From Longimicrobiales bacterium (GTDB lineage: Bacteria > Gemmatimonadota > Gemmatimonadetes > Longimicrobiales > Gaopeijiaceae), in NCBI GenBank assembly GCA_965198065.1, contig CBDAON010000004.1, positions 2,592,001-2,656,000 of the forward strand: a stretch of 64,000 bases of DNA, read 5' to 3'. The translations under genes and the position numbers were made by a program. Numbering within the stretch: position 1 is the stretch's first letter; the number at the start of each line of letters is the position of its first letter. Below, one piece after another: positions 49,090-58,601 of the stretch. The notes under the pieces are model-generated. The model ran no database searches, was not told the origin of the DNA, and worked only from the letters and a program-made list of their open reading frames with translations.

Positions 49090-50003
49090 CGAACGCGGGA
49101 CCGGGCCCCGCGATCGCGCGAACACTGGCAGAACTCGACGCCGCTCTGGACCCGCTCCGGGAGGCCGGGGCATCGGTCGCCCTCGTGCCCACCATGGGCG
49201 CCCTGCACGAGGGCCACCTCTCCCTGGTGGATCGAGCTCGTCTGCTCGCCGACGCCGTTGTCATGTCCGTCTTCGTGAACCCGCTCCAGTTCGGTCCCGA
49301 CGAGGATCTGGAGCGCTATCCGCGGGATCTGGCCGGGGACGTGGAGCTCGTGGGTCGGCGGGGGGTCGATCTCGTCTTCGCGCCGGCGGAGGGGGAGATG
49401 TACCCCGACGGTCCGCCCCGCGTCCGGGTCGAGCCCGGCCCCATGGCGGAGGGCCTCTGCGGACCGTTCCGGCCAGGCCACTTTGCGGGCGTCCTCACGG
49501 TCGTCGCGAAGCTCTTCGGGCTCATCCGCCCAGCGGCGGCCGTCTTCGGACGAAAAGACCTCCAGCAGGCCGCGCTCATCCGCCGCATGGAGCGGGACCT
49601 GGAGCTGGGCGTGCGGATCGAGGTCGCGCCCACGATCCGGGACGAGGACGGGCTCGCCATGAGCTCCCGGAACGCCCACCTGTTGCCCGAGGAGCGGGAG
49701 CGTGCCCTTGGGCTTTACCGGGCCCTCGTCGGCGCGGACCAGGCCTTCCGGAGCGGCGAGGCCGACCGGGCGGTCCTGGTAGAGAGGGTCGAGGGCGTGG
49801 TCCGGGAGCACGCCGGCCTCGAGCTCCAGTACGTAGAGCTCGTGGACCCTGAGAGCATGGAGTTCCTCGACAGGGCGCGGGCCGGGTCGGCGTTGGCGGT
49901 CGCCGGCTTCTCCGGGGCCACGCGTTTGATCGACAACATCATCCTGGGAGCCGAGTCGCCCGACCCGAGGGTCGGGGCCTCCGTCCCCCGGAGGGGGTCG
50001 TGA
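49086..50003 (+). CDS. panC: Pantoate--beta-alanine ligase
   Basis: VPTMGALHEGH, FVNPLQF, RPGHF.GV, FGRKDLQQ, GLAMSSRN, RLIDN. Confidence 0.98.
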   Translation: MTNAGPGPAIARTLAELDAALDPLREAGASVALVPTMGALHEGHLSLVDRARLLADAVVMSVFVNPLQFGPDEDLERYPRDLAGDVELVGRRGVDLVFAPAEGEMYPDGPPRVRVEPGPMAEGLCGPFRPGHFAGVLTVVAKLFGLIRPAAAVFGRKDLQQAALIRRMERDLELGVRIEVAPTIRDEDGLAMSSRNAHLLPEERERALGLYRALVGADQAFRSGEADRAVLVERVEGVVREHAGLELQYVELVDPESMEFLDRARAGSALAVAGFSGATRLIDNIILGAESPDPRVGASVPRRGS

Positions 50004-50605
50004 CGCTCCACCCGCTCCTCGAGCGCGCGTCCGAGGGGTCGGTTCCCGGCTGGGCACGGGCGGGCAAGGCCCGGCGCGCCCACATGGAGCGGGTGGCCGC
50101 CCTCATGGAGGAGTGGGCCTCCGACTGGAACCTCGGCCAGGACGATCGGGCGCGCTGGAAGGCGGCCGGCTTTCTCCACGACGCGCTCCGAGACGCCGAC
50201 CCCGTTGAGCTTCGCCCTCTGGTTCCCCCCGAGCTCGAGGATCTCCCGGGCGCGCTGCTTCACGGCCCGGCCGCGGCACGGCTCCTGGAGGAGGACGGGG
50301 TGACGGATCGGCCGCTCCTACTCTCGGTAGCGTACCACACCCTCGGCCACCCCGAACTGGACCGACTCGGGCGCTCCCTCTACGCGGCCGACTTCCTCGA
50401 GTCGGGGCGAAAGCACCTGTCCGATCGCGAGGAGGGCCTCCGGGAGAGCATGCTGGCGGATCCCCGGGGCGTAGTTCTGGAAGTGGCCCGGGCCAGGGTG
50501 TCCGAGATGGTGAGGAAGGGGAAGCCGCTCCGGGCCGAGACGGTGGGCTTCTGGAACGGGCTTGTGGGCGAGACCGACGCCCGGTCCACGGAGTCGGCGA
50601 CCTGA
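50000..50605 (+). CDS. HD-domain hydrolase, YqeK-like (symmetrical Ap4A hydrolase family)
   Basis: H..RV, LHD, LLHGPAAA, YHT.G, ADFLE.GR match the YqeK metal-ligand pattern. Confidence 0.78.
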   Translation: MTLHPLLERASEGSVPGWARAGKARRAHMERVAALMEEWASDWNLGQDDRARWKAAGFLHDALRDADPVELRPLVPPELEDLPGALLHGPAAARLLEEDGVTDRPLLLSVAYHTLGHPELDRLGRSLYAADFLESGRKHLSDREEGLRESMLADPRGVVLEVARARVSEMVRKGKPLRAETVGFWNGLVGETDARSTESAT

Positions 50606-51159
50606 TGGCCCGCCGGCGGCGCGGACAGGAGCCTGTCTGGCCCCTCCTCGTCGGCGTGGCCTTGGTCGGAGGAGGGGCCGGCCTGGCCGCGCTCCTTTCG
50701 AGGGGTCCGGCGGAAACGGAGGACCCCATCGACGACCCGCCCACCGGTGTGGAGGTGCCGCTCCCGACGCCCGGGGACCGCGTTCGCGTGGAGGTGCTGA
50801 ACGCCGGCGGCGTCCAGGGGGCGGCCGCCGAAGCCACGGAGATCCTCCGCGCCGCGGGCTTCGACGTGGTCTATTTCGGGAACGCGGCCTCGTTCGGCTC
50901 CGCTACCACGGTCGTTCTCGATCGCACCGGCGCGGGTGGGGCCGCCGGCGCCGTCGCGAGCTCCCTGGGCGCGCCCGAGGTACGGTCCGAGGCGGACTCC
51001 ACCCGGCTCGTGGACGTGACCGTGTTGGTCGGCGCGGACTGGCCGCTCCGGCCGGAGTCGGGCGACGCGCCTGAAGCTGCTACTTTCGAGGACGCGGAGG
51101 CCCCCGGGGAACCGCATCCCTGGTGGGATCTGCGGCGTTTCTTCAACGGGACGAGGTGA
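50605..51159 (+). CDS. Membrane-anchored LytR C-terminal domain protein
   Basis: Single TM, then RVEVLNAGGVQGAA, GFDVV..GNA, DVTVLVGADW. Confidence 0.85.
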   Translation: MARRRRGQEPVWPLLVGVALVGGGAGLAALLSRGPAETEDPIDDPPTGVEVPLPTPGDRVRVEVLNAGGVQGAAAEATEILRAAGFDVVYFGNAASFGSATTVVLDRTGAGGAAGAVASSLGAPEVRSEADSTRLVDVTVLVGADWPLRPESGDAPEAATFEDAEAPGEPHPWWDLRRFFNGTR

Positions 51160-51935
51160 CCAGGGTGCCGAGTGACGAGCGGGGAGGGCGCCGGCGGGAC
51201 CGGGGCGGAGCGTCGGCCCGGAGGGTGCCCGACGGGGGACAAGGAGGCTCGCGCGTGGCCAAGGAGGCCTGGGAGTGGGCGAAGACGATCGTCCTCACTC
51301 TCTTTTTCCTCGTCATCATTAGGAGCTTCCTCGTCCAGACGTTCGTGATCACCTCGGGATCCATGGAGGACACGCTCCTCGTGGGAGACTTCCTCATGGT
51401 GAACCGGCTGGCGCTCGGGACCCGAATCCCGGGGACGCTCGTCTCCACGCCCGGGTACTCCGAGCCTCGCCGACACGGCGTCCTGGTGTTCGATCCGCCT
51501 CACGAGGAGGGGATCAAGCTGGTCAAGCGGCTGATCGGGATGCCCGGGGACACGCTGGAGATGAGGAACAAGCGCCTCTGGGTGAACGGGGTGGTCCAGG
51601 ACGAGCCGTACGTCAAGTGGGGCGACCCCGGTCAAGACCAGGAGGATCCCAACATGATGTGGCAGCGTGAGCACCTGCTGCCGTGGGTCGACCGGGACCG
51701 GTACCACCCGACCCGGGACAACTGGGGGCCATTGGTCGTTCCCGAGGGACACTACTTCATGCTGGGGGACAACCGGGACTTCTCCTACGACTCGAGGTAC
51801 TGGGGTCTGCTCGAGCTCTGGAGGCTGGAGGGGAGGGCGATGTTCTTCTACTTCTCCTACGAGCGCGACTCACCGACGCCGTTCGCGTTCCTCCGCGAGA
51901 TTCGCTGGGGCCGGATTGGTAGCGGGATCCACTGA
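51156..51935 (+). CDS. lepB: Signal peptidase I
   Basis: SGSMEDTLLVGD, VKRLIGMPGD, GDNRD.S.DSRYWG. Confidence 0.96.
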   Translation: MTRVPSDERGGRRRDRGGASARRVPDGGQGGSRVAKEAWEWAKTIVLTLFFLVIIRSFLVQTFVITSGSMEDTLLVGDFLMVNRLALGTRIPGTLVSTPGYSEPRRHGVLVFDPPHEEGIKLVKRLIGMPGDTLEMRNKRLWVNGVVQDEPYVKWGDPGQDQEDPNMMWQREHLLPWVDRDRYHPTRDNWGPLVVPEGHYFMLGDNRDFSYDSRYWGLLELWRLEGRAMFFYFSYERDSPTPFAFLREIRWGRIGSGIH

Positions 51936-53054
51936 CCGGCGGCGGCTCCTGGCCGGCCTTTCCTCGAGCGCCACGAGAGCATTCGCACGAAGCTGACCAC
52001 ACGCGGCGTCGATGTCCCGGCCCCGAGGCTCCCGGATGGCGGCCGCGACCCCGGCAGCCTCGAGCACGGACCGGAAGCGCTCGAGTCGCGAAGAGGTGGA
52101 GGGGAGCCAGTCCTGGTAGGGGATGGGGTTGAAGGGGATCAAGTTCACGAAGGCCCGCACCGACCGGGCCAACTCGGCGAGCGCGGGGGCCAGCTCCTCA
52201 GCGTCGTTCACTCCGCGGATCATCGTGTACTCGAAGGTGACCCGTCGCCCGCTTCCGGCGCGGAACTCCCGGATGGCCTCCATGAGCACGGGAAGTGGGT
52301 AGCGTCTCTCCAGGGGTACGAGCGTCGCTCGAAGTTTGGACACGGGAGCGTGCAGGGAGAGGGCTAGCCCGAACTGCTCAGGTCTCGCCGCCAGCTCACG
52401 GATGCCCGGGACGAGGCCCACGGTCGAGACCGTGATGCGGCGCGCGCCCACGCCGTAGCCGTGGTTCAAGATCGTGAGCGAGGCGAGGACGGCCTCCTGG
52501 TTCGCGAGGGGCTCACCCATCCCCATGTAGACGATGTTCGTGATGGGCCCGTAGCTGTTTTCCTCGGCCCAGCGCCGGGAAGCCCGGAACTGGACGACGA
52601 TCTCACCGGGCGTCAGCTGGCGGGAAAACCCGGCCCAGCCGGTCGCGCAAAACGTGCAGCCCATCGCGCAGCCGGCCTGGGACGACAGGCACAGCGTCAG
52701 GCGGCCCCGGGACAGGATGAGGACCGACTCGACGAGCTCTCCGTCAGATAGCTGCCAGAGGTGCTTAGCCGTTCCGTCCGACGACCTGGAGACCCGCACG
52801 ACTTCGGGCTCCGCGAGCGCGAAGCTCCGCGCGAGCGTCTCGCGGTCACGAGCGGGGAGGTTGGTCATCCCCCCGATCGAGCGAACACCGGTTTCGTAGA
52901 TCCAGCGGAGCACCTGCTCACCCCGATAAGAGGGGGCGCCTACCGAGCGGAAGTGGGCCCCGAGACGGAGTTCGAGCTCGTCGGGCGGCAGCCCTAGGAG
53001 GTCCACCGGCCCGGCGGCTCCGGCGCGCCGGTCCATCTCCGGCACCTCGATCAC
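51870..53054 (-). CDS. rlmN: Dual-specificity RNA methyltransferase RlmN
   Basis: SSQAGCAMGCTFCATG, MGMGEPL, ITVSTVG, SLHAP, NLIPFN, DIDAACGQL; AAGGAGG RBS; 3' end overlaps lepB by 66 nt. Confidence 0.96.
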   Translation of the reverse strand: MIEVPEMDRRAGAAGPVDLLGLPPDELELRLGAHFRSVGAPSYRGEQVLRWIYETGVRSIGGMTNLPARDRETLARSFALAEPEVVRVSRSSDGTAKHLWQLSDGELVESVLILSRGRLTLCLSSQAGCAMGCTFCATGWAGFSRQLTPGEIVVQFRASRRWAEENSYGPITNIVYMGMGEPLANQEAVLASLTILNHGYGVGARRITVSTVGLVPGIRELAARPEQFGLALSLHAPVSKLRATLVPLERRYPLPVLMEAIREFRAGSGRRVTFEYTMIRGVNDAEELAPALAELARSVRAFVNLIPFNPIPYQDWLPSTSSRLERFRSVLEAAGVAAAIREPRGRDIDAACGQLRANALVALEERPARSRRRSVDPATNPAPANLAEERERRR

Positions 53055-53224
53055 GGATCCTCCTTCCTTGAGACGACCCAGACCCGCCGTTAACTTAGCG
53101 GGTCACCTTTCGGGTGTGCGCTCGCCCCCCCTTCGCGCGACCCTCTTGGTAATTCCTTTGGTGACTCTCCAATCGAACTTGTTCCCCCGGTGCCGGCGGG
53201 TGCCTCGCATGGGACGATCGTGGA

Positions 53225-55024
53225 ATGACCGGAAGAGGTGAAGCCGATCGGAACCGGGCGACGCGGCTCCGCACACGCATGGTCGGAACCCTGCGTGCCG
53301 AGCACGCGGGGGCGACGGAGCGGCTGGTGGGCTGGGTCCATCGGCGCCGAGATCTGGGGGGCCTCCTGTTCGTGGACCTCCGGGATCGAAGCGGGATCGT
53401 CCAGGTCTCGTTCGGTCCCGAGTGGACCGAGGCGGCGAGCCTCGAGCGAGCCCGGCGGCTGGGGAGCGAGGACGTCATCGGAGTCGAGGGTGAGGTCGTC
53501 GGTCGCCCCGAGGCCGCTCGGAACATGGAGCTGGCCACGGGCGACGTCGAGCTCAAGGCACGAAGCATCGAGATCCTGAACGCCGCGTCCACGCCGGTGA
53601 TCCCCGTGTTCCGCGGTGGGGACGAGGAGCTTCCCGCCGAGGAGCTCCGGCTCCGGAACCGGCACCTGGATCTCCGCCGCGCGGAGCTCCAGGAGAACCT
53701 CCGCCTCCGGCACGCGCTCATCCTCGCGGCCCGGGATTACCTGGACGGGCTCGGGTTCCTCGAGATCGAAACCCCGATCCTCACGAAGCCCACGCCGGAA
53801 GGGGCCCGGGACTACCTGGTCCCGAGCCGGGTGCATCCCGGGGAGTTCTACGCGCTTCCCCAGAGCCCGCAGCTCTACAAGCAAATCCTCATGACGGCGG
53901 GATACGACCGCTACTTCCAGATCGCCCGGTGCTTCCGAGACGAGGATCTGAGGGCGGACCGGCAGCCCGAGTTCACGCAGATCGACGTGGAGGCATCCTT
54001 CATCGAGCCCGACGATCTCTTCGGCTGGATGGAGGGGCTCATGGGGGCGCTCGCGGAGGTCGGGCACGTGGAGGCCCCGGCCCCCTTCCCGCGGGTGCGC
54101 TACGAGGAAGCCCTGGACCGTTTCGGCTCCGACCGGCCCGATCTGAGGTGGGAAGTCGAGATCTCCACCTGGACGGAAGCGCTCGGGACCGCGGACTCGG
54201 AGTTGCTGCGAGGCGCGGTCTCTCATGGAGGTCGGATCCGGGGGATCCGCCTGGCTGGGGGCGCGAAGCTCTCCCGGAAGGAGATCGAGGGGCTCGAGGG
54301 GATCGCGAAAGGGGCGGGAGCGCCCGGGCTCCTCTGGGCGAAGCGAACGGACGAGGGCGGGAGCGGCCCGCTCTCGCGATGGATGGAAGCCGGTCATTGG
54401 GAGGCGACCCAGGCCATGGAAGGCGACTTGCTCCTCGTGGCCGCGGGCCCGGACGGGGTGACCTCGCCTGCCCTCTCCGCGGTGCGCGGGGCGGCCGTCC
54501 GGGCGCTCGCCCTTCCCATGGTGCGTGACCACGCGTGGGTCTGGGTCACCGAGTTTCCGCTCTTCGTGGAGGACGAAGGCACCCTGGCGCCGAGTCACCA
54601 TCCGTTCGTGCTTCCGGTAGCCGAGGACGTCGCTCGGATCGAGGGGGATCCGGCGTCTGTCCGAAGTCTTGCGTACGACCTGGTGTACAACGGCACGGAG
54701 CTGGGCTCCGGGAGCCTCAGGATCCACGAGGCTGGACTCCAGCAGCGTGTGCTCCGCAGGTTGGGAATGACCGACGAGGAGATCGATCGGAAGTTCGGCT
54801 TCCTCCTCGAGGCGCTGGGATCCGGGGCGCCGCCCCATGGGGGCATTGCCCTCGGGATGGACCGGATCGTGAAGGACTTCGTCGGGGCGGGGAGCCTGAG
54901 GGACGTGATCGCGTTTCCGAAGACCACCGCGGCACGCGCTCTCTTCGAGGGCGCGCCCGCGCTGGCGAATCCGTCGGAGCTCACGGCCCTCGGCCTGGAG
55001 GTCCGCGCCGAGCGGTCCAAGTGA
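53225..55024 (+). CDS. aspS: Aspartate--tRNA ligase
   Basis: GWVHRRRDLGG, PEGARDYLVP, LPQSPQ, CFRDEDLRADRQPEFTQ, GAPPHGGIALG, VIAFPK. Confidence 0.98.
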   Translation: MTGRGEADRNRATRLRTRMVGTLRAEHAGATERLVGWVHRRRDLGGLLFVDLRDRSGIVQVSFGPEWTEAASLERARRLGSEDVIGVEGEVVGRPEAARNMELATGDVELKARSIEILNAASTPVIPVFRGGDEELPAEELRLRNRHLDLRRAELQENLRLRHALILAARDYLDGLGFLEIETPILTKPTPEGARDYLVPSRVHPGEFYALPQSPQLYKQILMTAGYDRYFQIARCFRDEDLRADRQPEFTQIDVEASFIEPDDLFGWMEGLMGALAEVGHVEAPAPFPRVRYEEALDRFGSDRPDLRWEVEISTWTEALGTADSELLRGAVSHGGRIRGIRLAGGAKLSRKEIEGLEGIAKGAGAPGLLWAKRTDEGGSGPLSRWMEAGHWEATQAMEGDLLLVAAGPDGVTSPALSAVRGAAVRALALPMVRDHAWVWVTEFPLFVEDEGTLAPSHHPFVLPVAEDVARIEGDPASVRSLAYDLVYNGTELGSGSLRIHEAGLQQRVLRRLGMTDEEIDRKFGFLLEALGSGAPPHGGIALGMDRIVKDFVGAGSLRDVIAFPKTTAARALFEGAPALANPSELTALGLEVRAERSK

Positions 55025-55038
55025 CGACACGGAGCGAG

Positions 55039-56028
55039 ATGGCGAGCACCGAGAACACGATCACCGAGCACCGTCTGGACGCCGGCGGGGCCGACCACCT
55101 GATGCTCGCGGGCGTGAACGACGCGAACCTGCAGGAGTTGGCCCGGGTCTTCGGGATCCGGGTGGTCCTCCGGGGCGACGAGGTGACTATCTCCGGGGAG
55201 GTCCCGCGGCTGGAGCGTGCCGTTCCCGTCATGCAGCACCTGATCGAGCTTGCCAGGCTTCGCGCGCCGTTCGACTCGCTCGACGTCTCTCGCCTGGCCG
55301 AGGAGTTCGATCGGAAGGGCGCCGACGCTCAGGTACTCATCCGGCAACCGGAGCTCCGGATCGCGCTCCCCGGCATCCGGAAGGTCATCACGCCCAAATC
55401 GCAGGGGCAGGCCAAGTACTTGGAGACGATCTACGAGCACGACATCGTCATCGGGATCGGGCCGGCCGGCACCGGGAAGACGTACCTTGCCGTGGCCGCG
55501 GCCGTGGAAGCGCTCTACCGAAAGCGGGTCAAGCGCATCATCCTGGCGCGTCCGGCGGTCGAGGCCGGCGAGAACCTCGGTTTCCTTCCCGGCGACATGC
55601 AGGAGAAGGTCGATCCGTACCTCCGGCCCCTGTACGATGCACTTGAGGACATGATTCCGAGCGACCGGGTCCAGCGGGTCCTGGAGGACCGGACGATCGA
55701 GATCGCGCCTCTCGCCTACATGCGGGGCCGGACGCTCTCCGATGCCTTCGTGATCCTGGACGAGGCGCAGAACGCGTCGACGGCGCAGATGAAAATGTTC
55801 CTGACGCGGCTGGGACTGAACTCGAAAGTGGTGATCACTGGGGACAAGACCCAGATCGACCTTCCCAGGAGGGAGGACTCCGGGCTCCTGGAGGTCGAGC
55901 GAATCCTCACCGGGATCGAGGGGATCGCGTTCATCTACCTCGGCGGGTCGGACGTCGTCCGCCATCGACTCGTGAAGGACATCATCCGCGCTTACGCCCG
56001 GGCCGATAGACCGGAGCCGGAGTCGTGA
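55039..56028 (+). CDS. phoH: PhoH-family ATPase (YbeZ-like)
   Basis: GPAGTGKT, RPAVEAGE.LGFLPG, PYLRPLYD, AYMRGRT, DEAQN, VRH.LV; alternative start GTG 55021. Confidence 0.95.
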   Translation: MASTENTITEHRLDAGGADHLMLAGVNDANLQELARVFGIRVVLRGDEVTISGEVPRLERAVPVMQHLIELARLRAPFDSLDVSRLAEEFDRKGADAQVLIRQPELRIALPGIRKVITPKSQGQAKYLETIYEHDIVIGIGPAGTGKTYLAVAAAVEALYRKRVKRIILARPAVEAGENLGFLPGDMQEKVDPYLRPLYDALEDMIPSDRVQRVLEDRTIEIAPLAYMRGRTLSDAFVILDEAQNASTAQMKMFLTRLGLNSKVVITGDKTQIDLPRREDSGLLEVERILTGIEGIAFIYLGGSDVVRHRLVKDIIRAYARADRPEPES

Positions 56029-58553
56029 CGCCGGCCTCCGGGTCCGAGCGGGGCCGGTCCGGGGAGACCCCCCTCGGCCGCCTGTCGCGCGCGCCGAAGA
56101 ACCGGTGGCCCGACGGCACCCTTCACCACGGAAGCCGGTTTCTACTCTGGGTCCTCGTCGCGGCTGCCGTGACGTCGTTCTTCCCGAGCGTCCGAGGCCT
56201 CAGGTTCAGCGCGTACCAGCCCGGGATGGTGGCCTCGGAGGATCTGATCGCCGAGGTGACGTTCGGGGTTCCCAAAAACATGGCCGAGTTGAACCGCGAG
56301 CGGGACGCCGCGGCCGCGGTCGTGCCCCCGACCTTCGGCTTTGTTCCGGCGGCGGCCGACAACATGGCCGGGGCGCTTGATCGGTTCTTCGAAGCCACGG
56401 CGGCCCAGGCCGGAGCGGCCGAGCCGGACCAGGCGCTGGACAGCCTCCTCGCCGAGGCCGGTCTCGCCGTGCCGCCGGCCCAGCGGAACCTCCTGCGAGA
56501 CGAGGAGACGCGCGAGGTCCTCGCCGGTACCGCGCGCCAGGCCGTGCTGGAGATCCTACCCGAAGGCGTGCTCGACGAGGGGGCTCCGATCGATCCCGGA
56601 GCGGCCGGAAGGATCCTGATCGTGGAGCCGGACGGGAGCGAGCGCTTCGTAACGCTGGGCGACGTTCGCACGACGCGGGACTTCTACGAGGATGCCGCCG
56701 GGGAGCTGCCACCGGACGCGGGCTCCGAGCTGAACGAGCTCTACCGGATCGCCCTCATCCGCTTCATGGATCCGTCGCTCCGGTTCGACGCGGTGGCGAC
56801 CGGCCAGGACCGGGAGGCGGCTCGGAGGGCGGTGCCGGTCACCAAGGCGACGGTGCTCCAGGGGGAGGCGATCGTCCGGGCCAACCAGCAGGTGGGCGAG
56901 GAGGAGGCCGAGCGAATCCGCGCGTACGAGGAGGCGCTTCGGGGGCAGGGTCTATTGGCGGAGGGTGGCGTGGACGTCAGGGGCTTCATGGCCGGGCTGA
57001 CGCTGAACCTCATCGTCCTCGGTGTCTTCGGCTTCTTGGTCTACCTGTACCGTGACGACGTCTACCGCAACTTCCGCTGGCTCCTCCTCCTAGCGATCCT
57101 GATCCTCGCATTCACCGGTGCCGGCGGGATCGTCGCCCGTAACGGCCTCCTTCCGGAGATGCTCCCGATCGCGTTCGTCTCCCTAGCCACGGCCGTGCTC
57201 TGGGATGGGCGCCTCGCCCTCATCCTGGCCGCCACGATGGCCGCCCTCGTCGGGGCCCAGCTGCCTTTCCAGGACGTGAACGTGTGGCTCCCGGTATTCG
57301 TGGCCGGGTCCGCCGCGGCCCTCTCGGTTCGGGCCGTTCGCCGCCGGGCACAGACCTGGATCTTCATCGCGATCATCGTGGGCGCCTACCTGGCCGTGCT
57401 GTTCGGCCTCGGAGTCGTCCTCGACCGGGACATGGCTCAGGTCATGGAGTCGTTTGCCTGGGCCAGCGGGAACGCGGTCGTGAGCGCGATCCTCGCAATG
57501 GGTTTTCTCCCCGTGTTCGAGTGGTTCACGGGGATCACGACGGACCAGACGCTCCTCGAGTGGGCGGATCCGAACCGTCCGCTCCTCAAGCGCCTTTCGA
57601 TGGAGGCCCCCGGCACGTACGCCCACACAATCAACCTCGCGAACCTCTCGGAGGCTGCGGCGAGTGCGATCGGGGCGAACGGACTGCTTTGCCGGGCGGG
57701 GGTTTACTATCACGACGTCGGGAAGGTTTTGAAGCCCCACTACTTCATCGAGAACCAGCCCTCCGGCCGGAATCCGCACGACAAACTGAAGCCCGCCACC
57801 TCGGCTGCCATCGTGCGGGAGCACGTGACGGAGGGGATCGCGCTGGCCGAGGAGGCGAACCTCCCCGACGCCCTCGTGCGCTTCATCCCGGAGCACCACG
57901 GCACGCAGGAGATCTCGTTCTTCTACGAGCGGGCGAAGAAGGGGCTGGGGGAGGGGGGGGAGCTGGACCCGGAGGAGTACTGCTATCCGGGGCCCCGGCC
58001 ACAGAGTCGCGAGACCGCGATCGTCATGCTCGCGGACTCCGTGGAGTCGGCGGCTCGTTCGCTCCAGGATCCCACCACCGAGCGGCTGAAGGACCTGATC
58101 GACTCCATCGTGGACGACAAGATCCGTCAGGGGCAGCTGGACGAGGCTCCGCTCACGCTGAGGGAGATGGGCCAGATCCGAGATCAGTTCCTGAAGGTGT
58201 TGGGCGGAGTCTACCACACCCGAATCGATTACCCGCAGACGCGCCACCTCACGGAGTCGCACGCGTCCGACGAGGCTCCGACTCCCTCGTCCGCCGCGAG
58301 CGACGGTCCAGCGGAGGGGCCGTCGGATCGTTCCGGGGACGCGGCGGAAGGCCTCGGGGATTCAGGCGAGCGCCCGACCGGCGGCGAGAGGGCGGCCCCG
58401 TACCGCTCGCTTCCCGAGCGCGGTGCCAGGGGAGCCGGGGCCGCCGAGGACGCCAGAGCCTCCAGGGGAGCCAGGGCCGCCGAGGAGGAGCCGGCTCTGT
58501 TCCCGTTGGAGGGGGAGGGCGTCGCCGAGCGTGGCCCGAAGGGCGGAGGCTGA
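56025..58553 (+). CDS. 7TM-HD membrane phosphohydrolase (PgpH-like, cyclic-di-AMP phosphodiesterase family)
   Basis: Extracytoplasmic domain, about 7 TMs, then APGTYAH, YYHDVGK, YFIENQ, EHHGT, YPGPRP, MLADSVE, RIDYP. Confidence 0.92.
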   Translation: MTPASGSERGRSGETPLGRLSRAPKNRWPDGTLHHGSRFLLWVLVAAAVTSFFPSVRGLRFSAYQPGMVASEDLIAEVTFGVPKNMAELNRERDAAAAVVPPTFGFVPAAADNMAGALDRFFEATAAQAGAAEPDQALDSLLAEAGLAVPPAQRNLLRDEETREVLAGTARQAVLEILPEGVLDEGAPIDPGAAGRILIVEPDGSERFVTLGDVRTTRDFYEDAAGELPPDAGSELNELYRIALIRFMDPSLRFDAVATGQDREAARRAVPVTKATVLQGEAIVRANQQVGEEEAERIRAYEEALRGQGLLAEGGVDVRGFMAGLTLNLIVLGVFGFLVYLYRDDVYRNFRWLLLLAILILAFTGAGGIVARNGLLPEMLPIAFVSLATAVLWDGRLALILAATMAALVGAQLPFQDVNVWLPVFVAGSAAALSVRAVRRRAQTWIFIAIIVGAYLAVLFGLGVVLDRDMAQVMESFAWASGNAVVSAILAMGFLPVFEWFTGITTDQTLLEWADPNRPLLKRLSMEAPGTYAHTINLANLSEAAASAIGANGLLCRAGVYYHDVGKVLKPHYFIENQPSGRNPHDKLKPATSAAIVREHVTEGIALAEEANLPDALVRFIPEHHGTQEISFFYERAKKGLGEGGELDPEEYCYPGPRPQSRETAIVMLADSVESAARSLQDPTTERLKDLIDSIVDDKIRQGQLDEAPLTLREMGQIRDQFLKVLGGVYHTRIDYPQTRHLTESHASDEAPTPSSAASDGPAEGPSDRSGDAAEGLGDSGERPTGGERAAPYRSLPERGARGAGAAEDARASRGARAAEEEPALFPLEGEGVAERGPKGGG
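58426..58486 (+). repeat. 25-bp direct repeat (36-bp period, 1 mismatch) in the 7TM-HD low-complexity tail
   Basis: CCAGGGGAGCC(G/A)GGGCCGCCGAGGA at 58426 and 58462. Confidence 0.8.
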
Positions 58554-58601
58554 GACGCTCGGCCTCCGCCGGCCCGCGAGTCGGCCCTCTTGCGTCCTAC
58601 C

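Noticed and set aside
51870..51935. 66-nt convergent overlap of lepB and rlmN
   Set aside because: The overlapping RlmN tail lies beyond the conserved DAACGQL end; stop-codon drift is common in GC-rich genomes
53060..53224. T-box or c-di-GMP/c-di-AMP riboswitch in the rlmN/aspS intergenic region
   Set aside because: No T-box GGTGGNACC core and no GEMM or ydaO consensus; kept only as an unclassified structured leader
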